Assembly (NCBI GenBank): GCA_963728205.1
Contig: CAVSIV010000006.1
Coordinates: 1,120,001 to 1,184,000, forward strand
Direction of reading: 5' to 3'
Length of the DNA: 64,000 bases
Source of the DNA: an uncultured Chloroflexia bacterium
Lineage (GTDB): Bacteria; Chloroflexota; Dehalococcoidia; UBA2979
Position numbers and translations under genes: made by a program. Of this stretch, positions 38,298-48,054 are shown piece after piece; within the stretch, counting starts at the first letter, position 1; every line of letters starts with the position of its first letter. The notes under the pieces are model-generated. The model had not been told where the DNA came from. It saw only the letters and a list, made by a program, of their open reading frames with translations, and did not search any database.

Positions 38298-39190
38298 ATG
38301 CTCGCGCTGCGCAGCGTCCTCGTGATCGACGGCGACGACGAGTCGCAGTACGTCGCTGCGGCGACCACCGCGGCGGACGCCGTGCTGTTCGACCTCGCCG
38401 CGCCCGAGCAGCTCGGGGCGCGCGCCGCCGCGCGACGCCTGGTCGAGCGACACGCGCCGGCGGCGGCGAAGGCGCGGCGCACGGTGCTCGTGCGACTCGG
38501 CGACACGCGCTCGGGCGAGCTGGAGGCGGACGTCGATGCAATCGTCGGCGCGGCCGTCTCCGGCGTCGTGCTCGCCGGCGCCGAGGCGCCGCAGGACGCG
38601 CGCGACGCCGACGTCGCCATCCGCAAGCGCGAGATGCGGCGCGGGCTCGAGCCCGGCGCAATCCGGCTCGTCTGCGAGATCGACTCGCCCGCCGGCCTGC
38701 GCGCGCTGCCGGGAATCCTCGACGCCGTCGACCGTCACGGCGCGGTCGCGCTCGACGTCGCCTCGCTGCTGACGCAGCTGGGTGCGGCGCGGCGGGCCTC
38801 GCCGGGCGGAACCGGCGCGGTCGGTGTGCTCGCGGAGCACGCGATGGCGGACGTCGCGCTCGCGGCCGGCGCGCTGCACCTGCCGTGGATCGTCACCGGC
38901 CGCGATGCCGGCGCGATGGCGCCCCGCGCGCACGACCTGGGCGCGGCCGGGGTCGCGCTGCGCAGCGAGACGGCGGCGCTGGGGACAAACGCGCTCTTCG
39001 CGCCCGACCCCGAAGAGGTCGCCGCCGCGCGCGCCACGCTCGCCGAATGGGGGCGGGTCCGCGATCACGGCCGGTGGGTCGGCGTGGTGGGGGCGCCGGG
39101 CGGTCCGCGGCTCGTCGATCGCCGCACCGCGCGGCTGGCACGCGCGGTGATCGCCCGTGCCGATGCCGTGGCGCGCCGCGAGACCGCGCG

Positions 39191-39194
<4 letters not shown>
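38298..39194 (+). CDS. HpcH/HpaI aldolase / citrate lyase beta (CitE)-like protein, divergent
   Basis: GGGAGG RBS + ATG 38298; LRSVL, ADAVLFDL, NALFAPDPEEV, LVD...AR C-terminus. Confidence 0.65.
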
Positions 39195-41415
<2,221 letters not shown>

Positions 41416-41455
41416 CCGGGGCGCGCACGAGCCGGCGCTCGCGAGGGAGGCAACG

Positions 41456-41977
41456 TTGCACACGCTCTCGCTCGTGATCCACGTGACCGCGGCGGCGATC
41501 CTGTTCGGGCCGCAGGTGCTCCTCTTCCTCGCGGTCACGCCGGCGACGTGGCTGATCGACGACGAGGCGCTGCGCCGCGCGGTGACGCGCGTGGTGACGG
41601 CCCGCTACGGGATGATCGCCGGGATCGCGATCGTGCTGCTCGTCGTGACCGGCATCTACCAGTACATGTCGATGGTGCCGGCCGACATCCGCGGGAACCT
41701 CTCGAGCTACCGCTTCGGCACGATCTTCATGCTGAAGATGGCGCTGTTCGCGGCCTTCCTCGCGCTGCTCTTCTACCACGTGTTCTTTGTCGCGCGGCGC
41801 ATCGTCGCGCTGAGCGAGGCGGTGGTGGCGCAGGGCCGGGACGATGACGTCGCCGCGCTCGACGCGGCACGGCGGACGTCGTTCCTGATCTCGTTCTTCA
41901 TGCTGATGACGGTGCTGGCCGTGGTCGTGCTCGGCGTGATGCTCGGCAGCCACGAGTTCTCGTACGTGCACCTGTGA
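41456..41977 (+). CDS. Four-TM membrane protein (CopD/DUF2269/DUF4149-like)
   Basis: GAGGGAGG RBS + TTG; IHV...TG...KMAL...H pattern. Confidence 0.6.
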   Translation: MHTLSLVIHVTAAAILFGPQVLLFLAVTPATWLIDDEALRRAVTRVVTARYGMIAGIAIVLLVVTGIYQYMSMVPADIRGNLSSYRFGTIFMLKMALFAAFLALLFYHVFFVARRIVALSEAVVAQGRDDDVAALDAARRTSFLISFFMLMTVLAVVVLGVMLGSHEFSYVHL

Positions 41978-42531
41978 CGCGCACGCTGCCCGACCTGCTG
42001 CGGCCCGGGCTCGACCTCGTGTTCGTCGGGATCAACCCGGGGGAGCGCTCGGCGGCGGTCGGTCACTACTACGGGCACGGGGGCAACGGGTTCTGGCCGG
42101 CGCTCGCGGCGTCGGGGCTGGTCGACGCGCCGGTCACGGCGGCCGACGACCGCGTCTGTCCCGAGCGGTGGGGCATCGGCTTCACCGACGTCGTGAAGCG
42201 CGTGGTCACCGACTCGTCGCTGGTGACGACCGACGAGCTGCGGGGGGCAGCGCCGGCGTTCGGCCGGCGCATCGCCTACGCGGCCCCGCGACACGTGTGC
42301 TTCACCAGCACACGCGGGTTCGACGCCGTGTTCCCCGGCACGCGCCGCGCGCACGGGTGGGGTCGCCAGCCGGTGACGCTCGAGGGCGCACAGGTGTGGC
42401 TGATGCCGTCGACGTCGGGGCGCGCGGTCGCCTTCCGCGCGCAGGTGCACGAGGTGCTGCGCGCGCTCGCCGCGGCGCTCGGCCGCGACGGCGGCGAGGC
42501 GACGCAGGCGCGAACGGAGGATGCCGCGTGA
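41974..42531 (+). CDS. mug: G/U mismatch-specific DNA glycosylase
   Basis: LPDLLRPGLDLVFVGINPG, GNGFW, MPSTSGR. Confidence 0.88.
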   Translation: MTRTLPDLLRPGLDLVFVGINPGERSAAVGHYYGHGGNGFWPALAASGLVDAPVTAADDRVCPERWGIGFTDVVKRVVTDSSLVTTDELRGAAPAFGRRIAYAAPRHVCFTSTRGFDAVFPGTRRAHGWGRQPVTLEGAQVWLMPSTSGRAVAFRAQVHEVLRALAAALGRDGGEATQARTEDAA

Positions 42532-43088
42532 CCAGCAGCGGACGCCGCGCGCGGCGGCGGGCGTCGAACGACGTGCCGCCGGAGGAGCGCTACCGCCCGG
42601 ACGATGGCTGCCCGCTCTTCAGCACGAGCCTCGAGGATCACCTCGTGGCGGTCAGCCGGGGCGAGGAGCCGAAGCGCGGCCGCTTCTGCGGGAACTGCTA
42701 CACGCCGCTCGCGCGCAACGTCGACGCCTGCGAGCACTGCGGCAACGACGCGACGAGCGGGCGCCGCGCGGCGCTCGTCGTGCCCGAGGAGATCGCGCTC
42801 ATCCTGCGCACCCAGCGCAACGTCGAGTCGACGTGGGTGAACGGCATGGCCTACCTCGGCCTGCTGATCGCGGTGGTCGGCGGCATCGCGCTGGTGCTCG
42901 CCGTGCCGTACCTGCGGGGCCACCTGATCTGGGCGACGATCGTCTACGGCGTGCTGCTGCTGGTGGGCGGGCGCATGCTCGCCGGGTTCCTCGGCGGGTT
43001 CTTCGGAGACCGGTGGGGGTACACGATCGCGCGCCGGCGCACCCGCGCCGGATGGGAGCGCTGGGTGCGCGTGCGGGACCGGGGGTAA
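42528..43088 (+). CDS. Zinc-ribbon membrane protein, hypothetical
   Basis: GTG at 42528 overlapping the mug stop; CGNC...CEHC followed by two TM helices. Confidence 0.65.
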   Translation: MTSSGRRARRRASNDVPPEERYRPDDGCPLFSTSLEDHLVAVSRGEEPKRGRFCGNCYTPLARNVDACEHCGNDATSGRRAALVVPEEIALILRTQRNVESTWVNGMAYLGLLIAVVGGIALVLAVPYLRGHLIWATIVYGVLLLVGGRMLAGFLGGFFGDRWGYTIARRRTRAGWERWVRVRDRG

Positions 43089-43141
43089 AGCGTTCGTCGG
43101 CCGACTCCGGTAGCGTGCGTGGACGCGGAGGCGAAACGTCC

Positions 43142-43819
43142 ATGACGTCGACGGTCAACGTGGAGGCACTCCCGAGTTCCGCCCACCTTGCGGGGCTCCG
43201 CTCACGCCTGATTACGAGACTCACGGGCCTCTCGCCGCATCAAGTCCGCTACTGGCATGAGTCTGGTCTGCTCGAGGCATCACTTCGCCCGGGGCACCGG
43301 GGTGTTCCCCGCCTCTACAGTTGGGTCGACTATCTGCGCCTGCAAGTCGCGGCAGAACTTGAACGGGCACAGGTGCCCACGACTCGAACCCGACGTGCGA
43401 TTGCTTTCCTGGACGAGCATCTGCCCGACTGGTACTTGCTCCCGACGCGCGTCCGTAGCGATTCGATGGGCCATGTCCGCGTCCGTACTGCGGGAGCGCC
43501 AACCTTCGTGGCCGACGCGGGTGGACAATTCACGCTCGATGTCACTGGTTCGATGCCCCCCGACGTTCCTGAAGCCGGTGTCGCATTGTCACTCATCTCG
43601 AAGCGCGGCCCGCTGTGCCTCCTGAGCACGTTCGACGACGCCGTGTTCATGGATCCCACCGTCAATCTTGCGCAGCCGAGTGTGGTCGAAACAGCTCTCG
43701 AAACGCGCTTCGTGGCCGGCATCGCCAGTGAGATTGGCGTTGCAGAGACGGCGGTCCTCTACCGTCTCGACCTGGCTCGCTTGCGCCGGGTCATCGAGTT
43801 CGAGGGGGCCGTTGCATAG
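43142..43819 (+). CDS. MerR-type HTH + DUF433-like antitoxin (VapB45-like)
   Basis: GGAGG RBS + ATG 43142; RLTGLSPHQVRYW...RLYSWVD HTH; MDPTVNLAQPSV...IEFE DUF433-like C-terminus; lower GC. Confidence 0.72.
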   Translation: MTSTVNVEALPSSAHLAGLRSRLITRLTGLSPHQVRYWHESGLLEASLRPGHRGVPRLYSWVDYLRLQVAAELERAQVPTTRTRRAIAFLDEHLPDWYLLPTRVRSDSMGHVRVRTAGAPTFVADAGGQFTLDVTGSMPPDVPEAGVALSLISKRGPLCLLSTFDDAVFMDPTVNLAQPSVVETALETRFVAGIASEIGVAETAVLYRLDLARLRRVIEFEGAVA

Positions 43820-43824
43820 CCAGG

Positions 43825-44358
43825 TTGCTCCTCGACGAGCACGTACCTCCTGAACTCGGCCTCGTGCTTCGCAGCCTCGGGCACGAAACGTTGCACGTCA
43901 CCGAGACGCCGCTGAGAGGAAGCGACGACGCGGGGCTCTTACGATCACTTCCCGAAGTGGACTGCGAGTGGCTCCTCACGCTCGACATGCACCTACAGCC
44001 GGAGGTGTGGCCGAACGTCTACACCGTGCTAGCAGAGGGCGTGGGGCGGCTTATCCGCGTTCGCCCGCTTCGCTCGCCTCCCATCGAAACGCGTGCGGAC
44101 CTCGTCGCGAAACTCACGCAGTATTTGGTGACGGACTATCCAAGTTGGGCTCGCTGGTTGCCCGATAGGTCCGTGCGTCTAATCGATCTGGGCCGCGGGT
44201 CAACCAGTCGATCGCGCGGACGCATGGGGCGTGGACCATCGGCGCACTCCGCGTTCACCGCGAAGGAGGTTGCCGGGTTGATGCAGCAGCACCTCGGGTA
44301 CGGGGGCGGCCCTCGGCTCAATCGCGCTCAGAGAACGCGGCGGGGGCGATCCTCATAG
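43825..44358 (+). CDS. PIN-like (DUF5615/VapC45-like) toxin
   Basis: LLLDEHVP, LRSLGHE, GSDD, LLTLD motifs; follows the antitoxin; possible ATA start at 43816. Confidence 0.72.
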   Translation: MLLDEHVPPELGLVLRSLGHETLHVTETPLRGSDDAGLLRSLPEVDCEWLLTLDMHLQPEVWPNVYTVLAEGVGRLIRVRPLRSPPIETRADLVAKLTQYLVTDYPSWARWLPDRSVRLIDLGRGSTSRSRGRMGRGPSAHSAFTAKEVAGLMQQHLGYGGGPRLNRAQRTRRGRSS

Positions 44359-44368
44359 GAGTGAAGGT

Positions 44369-45292
44369 CTACGCCCGCGCCGGCGCCTTGATGTCGATCG
44401 TGTGCGACCCAAGCTGCGCGCGGATCACCGCCTGCGCGGCCTCGGTCGCCGGCAGCAGCGGGAGGCGCGGCGGACCGGCGTGGACGCCGACCGCGTCGAG
44501 CGCGAACTTCAGCGGGATCGGGTTGCTCTCCACGAACAGCGCATCCACCAGCGGGCGCAGCTCCGCGTCAATCGCCGTCGCGCGGTCGGCGTCGCCCGCG
44601 ACGTGCGCGTCGATCATCGCGCGGATCTGCAGGCCGACGAGGTGCGCCGCGACCGACACCACCCCGTAGCCGCCGAGTCGCAGCACGCCGAGCGTGTCGC
44701 TGTCGTTGCCCGACCACACCGAGAACCCGTCGGGCGCGCCGGCGATGATCGCGCGGATCTGCGCCAGGTCCGCGCTCGCCTCCTTGATGCCGACGACGTT
44801 CGGCACGGCGGCGAGCGCCAGTGTCGTCGCGGCGGTCATGTTCAGCGACGTGCGCGAGGGCACGTTGTAGAGCATGCACGGCAACCGCGTGGCGTCGGCG
44901 ATCGCGGTGAAGTGCGCGACGAGCCCGGCCTGCGTCGGCTTGTTGTACGCCGGCACCGTGAGCAGCACGCCGTCGAGCCCGAGGCGCTGCGCTTCCTTTG
45001 TCAGCTCAATCGAGTGGCGCGTGTTGTTGTCGGTCGCGCCAGCGATCACCGGCACGCCGGCGCCGACCGCGTCCTTGATCGTCTCCCAGACCTGGAGGCG
45101 CTCGCGATCACTCAGCGTCGCGGCCTCGCCGGTGCTACCGGTGGCGACGAGCGCCTCCGTGCCAGACGCGACGAGCGCCTTTGCGAGGTCGGCGGTTGCC
45201 TCCAGGTCGACGTCGCCACCGGCCGTCATCGGCGTGACCATCGCGGTGATCAGCCGTCCGAAGGGGACTGCCATCTCGACTACCTCCGCCAT
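44369..45292 (-). CDS. dapA: 4-hydroxy-tetrahydrodipicolinate synthase
   Basis: TAMVTP, GSTGE, PAYNKP, YNVPSRT, GIKEA, ESNPIP. Confidence 0.96.
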   Translation of the reverse strand: MAEVVEMAVPFGRLITAMVTPMTAGGDVDLEATADLAKALVASGTEALVATGSTGEAATLSDRERLQVWETIKDAVGAGVPVIAGATDNNTRHSIELTKEAQRLGLDGVLLTVPAYNKPTQAGLVAHFTAIADATRLPCMLYNVPSRTSLNMTAATTLALAAVPNVVGIKEASADLAQIRAIIAGAPDGFSVWSGNDSDTLGVLRLGGYGVVSVAAHLVGLQIRAMIDAHVAGDADRATAIDAELRPLVDALFVESNPIPLKFALDAVGVHAGPPRLPLLPATEAAQAVIRAQLGSHTIDIKAPARA

Positions 45293-45320
45293 GCGCGGCC
45301 GCTGTCCGGGGACCCGAGGC

Positions 45321-46334
45321 CTACAGTTTGCCCCGGCGGATCAACTCCTCGGCGATCTGGATGGCGTTCGTGGCGGCGCCCTTGCGCAGGTTGTCCGCGA
45401 CCACCCAGAAGACCACGCCGTGCTCGACCGACGGATCGACCCGCAGTCGCCCGACAAACGCGCGGTCGTCGCCGGCGGTGTTGAGCGGCATCGGGTAGAC
45501 GCCGTGCGCCGGGTCGTCCATCAGCTGCACGCCCGGCATCGCGCGGAGAGCCTCGCGCAGGTCGCCGATCGACGCGGCGGAGGCGAACTCCGCGTGCACC
45601 GCCTCGGCGTGGCCGATGATCGTTGGGACGCGCACACAGGTCGCGGCGAAGCGCAGATCCGGCTCGTGCAGGATCTTGCGCGTCTCGTTCTTCATCTTGG
45701 TCTCTTCCTTCGTGAAGCCATCTTCCTCGAAGGAGTCGACCTGCGGCAGGACGTTCATTGCGATCTGGTGCGGGTAGACCTGCGGACCGGGGATCGGCTC
45801 GCCACGGCCGAAGGCCGCGAGCTGCGACTTCAGCTCTTCGACGGCGGCCGTGCCGGTACCCGACACCGCCTGGTACGTCGCGGCGGTAACGCGAGCAAGC
45901 GGCGCGACGCGGCGCATCGCCTCGAGCGCCATCGCGAGCGGCGTCGTCGTGCAGTTCGGGATCGAGACGATGCCCCGGTGCCAGTCGAGGTCGTCCCCGT
46001 TGACCTCCGGGATGACGAGCGGCACGTCCGGGTCCATGCGGTACGCGGAGCCGTCGTCGATCATGACGTGCCCGGCGGCGCGCACGACGGGACCCCACTG
46101 CCGCGATGCCTCGCTGGTCGCGGAGCAGAACACGAGGTCGGCGTCGGCGACGGCGTCCTCGGTCGTCTCCTCGACCACGAGCGACTTGCCGCGGAACGTC
46201 AGGCGCTTGCCGGCGGAGCGCTTCGTCGCCAGCAGCCGCAGCTGCGAGACGGGGAAGTTACGCTCCTCGGCGACGCGGAGGAACACGTCCCCCACTGCGC
46301 CGGTCGCGCCGATGACGGCGACCCTGGGTTCCAC
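45321..46334 (-). CDS. asd: Aspartate-semialdehyde dehydrogenase
   Basis: GATGAVG, PNCTT, YQAVSG, TCVRVP, DNLRKGAA. Confidence 0.97.
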   Translation of the reverse strand: MEPRVAVIGATGAVGDVFLRVAEERNFPVSQLRLLATKRSAGKRLTFRGKSLVVEETTEDAVADADLVFCSATSEASRQWGPVVRAAGHVMIDDGSAYRMDPDVPLVIPEVNGDDLDWHRGIVSIPNCTTTPLAMALEAMRRVAPLARVTAATYQAVSGTGTAAVEELKSQLAAFGRGEPIPGPQVYPHQIAMNVLPQVDSFEEDGFTKEETKMKNETRKILHEPDLRFAATCVRVPTIIGHAEAVHAEFASAASIGDLREALRAMPGVQLMDDPAHGVYPMPLNTAGDDRAFVGRLRVDPSVEHGVVFWVVADNLRKGAATNAIQIAEELIRRGKL

Positions 46335-46446
46335 GGCAAACGCTCCTGTACGTGGGCTCGGACGGCACGCGCCGCGTTTCCGCGGCGCATCCCGATGATA
46401 GAGGGACGGGCGGAGTGAGCGCGAGGGCGCCGGAGCGACGTGGCAG

Positions 46447-47235
46447 CTAGCGGAGGCCCATGAGCGCGTCGAGGCCCTCGACGAGCCCCTCGCGCTCCAT
46501 GACCGCGCGCACCGCGAGCAGCACCCCCGGCATGAACGACTCGCGACCGTACGAGTCGTGCCGCAGCGAGAGCGTCTGCGCGGTGCCGCCGAAGATCACC
46601 TCCTGGTGCGCGACCAGCCCCGGCAGCCGCACGGAGTGGATCGCGATGCCCCCCTCGGCGCCGCCGCGGGTGTGGTCGAGCGGCGTCAGGCTCGGCACGT
46701 TGTGCCCGAAGTCGCGGGCGCGCGCCTCGCGCATCAGGCGCGCCGTGGTCAGCGCGGTGCCGCTCGGCGCATCTACCTTGCGGTCGTGGTGGAGCTCGAT
46801 GATCTCGGCGGAGTCGAAGTAGCGCGCGGCGATCTGCGCGAGGTGCATCAGCAGCACGGCGCCGAGCGCGAAGTTGGCCGCCACCACTCCGCCGACGCGG
46901 CGGTCGGCCAGCCCGCTTCGCAGGAGCGCGACGGTTTCGGCGTCGACGCCGGATGTGCCGATGACCGGCCGTATGCCGGCGGCGACGGCCGCCGCCGCGA
47001 GAGTCGGCGTGAAGGTGGCGTTCGTAAAGTCGACGACGACGTCGGGCGCCACCGCCGCGAAGAGCGCGGCGGGGTCGGGGCGCATCGGCAGGGTCGCACC
47101 GCCCGGCGAGACGTGATCGCCGGCAGGCTGCTGCGGCTCGACAACCCCGACCAGCTCGAGGTCCGCCTCGGCCTCGACGGCGCTCATCACCATGCGGCCC
47201 ATCTGGCCCAATCCGCTGACGGCTACCCGGATCAT
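46447..47235 (-). CDS. dapB: 4-hydroxy-tetrahydrodipicolinate reductase
   Basis: ATG at 47235; GLGQMG, DFT, IGTSG, ELHHDRKVDAPSGTA. Confidence 0.96.
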   Translation of the reverse strand: MIRVAVSGLGQMGRMVMSAVEAEADLELVGVVEPQQPAGDHVSPGGATLPMRPDPAALFAAVAPDVVVDFTNATFTPTLAAAAVAAGIRPVIGTSGVDAETVALLRSGLADRRVGGVVAANFALGAVLLMHLAQIAARYFDSAEIIELHHDRKVDAPSGTALTTARLMREARARDFGHNVPSLTPLDHTRGGAEGGIAIHSVRLPGLVAHQEVIFGGTAQTLSLRHDSYGRESFMPGVLLAVRAVMEREGLVEGLDALMGLR

Positions 47236-47237
47236 CT

Positions 47238-47936
47238 TCAGCCTCCCCGCTCCGCGCGGTCGATCTCGGCCTTCACCTGCCAGCACTCGCGCACCATCTC
47301 GCCGAGCCGGCCGGCGGCCGTCCGGGCATCGAAGCGTACGCCGCGTGTGTGATCGACGAACGCGCGCCACGCGGCGTCGAACTCGTCACGCGTGAGGCGG
47401 CCGCGGACGTACTGCTTCGCATCCTTGAGGAAGTAGACGAAGTGGCCGTGGTGGTCCCACTCGGCGTCGCCGACGGCAATCATTCGCGGGGCGGCGGGCA
47501 GCCGACCGACGGCCACGGCGGATCCTCGCCACACCTCGCGCGCGGTGATCGGCTCGCCCTCCTTCACGCCCTCGACGCGCACGCGCTCGTACTCCTCGAG
47601 CGGGTAGAAGCTCACGTCGACCTGGTGGAAGGGCGACTCGCCGTCGAACCAGTAGCGTCCGGACGGCTGCGCGACGCCGGTGAACCTGCGGTAGTAGCGC
47701 ACCGGCTTCGCCAGGCGGAGCGCGTCGGCGCAGGTCCACGCGGTGCCGGCCGCGCCGTCGTGGCCGACGATCATGTCGACGTCCGAGAAGCCGTCGTGGG
47801 AGCCTGCGGCGAGCGAGCCGAACAGCGCGATCGCGCGCGCGCCCGGCACCGCGGCGACCGCGTTGACGATCTCATCGGCGATGCGCGGGGGCGTGGTGAC
47901 GTACGGGTTGAGCAGCCCGTCGATGTCTTCGAGCAT
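47238..47936 (-). CDS. Pol-beta superfamily nucleotidyltransferase domain protein
   Basis: FGSLAAGSHDGFSDVDM (hG[GS]...DxD) plus a third Asp in QVDVS; ATG at 47936. Confidence 0.75.
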   Translation of the reverse strand: MLEDIDGLLNPYVTTPPRIADEIVNAVAAVPGARAIALFGSLAAGSHDGFSDVDMIVGHDGAAGTAWTCADALRLAKPVRYYRRFTGVAQPSGRYWFDGESPFHQVDVSFYPLEEYERVRVEGVKEGEPITAREVWRGSAVAVGRLPAAPRMIAVGDAEWDHHGHFVYFLKDAKQYVRGRLTRDEFDAAWRAFVDHTRGVRFDARTAAGRLGEMVRECWQVKAEIDRAERGG

Positions 47937-48054
47937 GGCGGAAAACGTAGCGAACCCGCGGCCGTGCGGCGAGCACGCCGTTGCGGCGGGCAGGCAAACG
48001 GCCCGGCGTGTGCCGGGCCGTTGTGCCTTCTGTTGTCGGGGCGACGCGAAGCGC

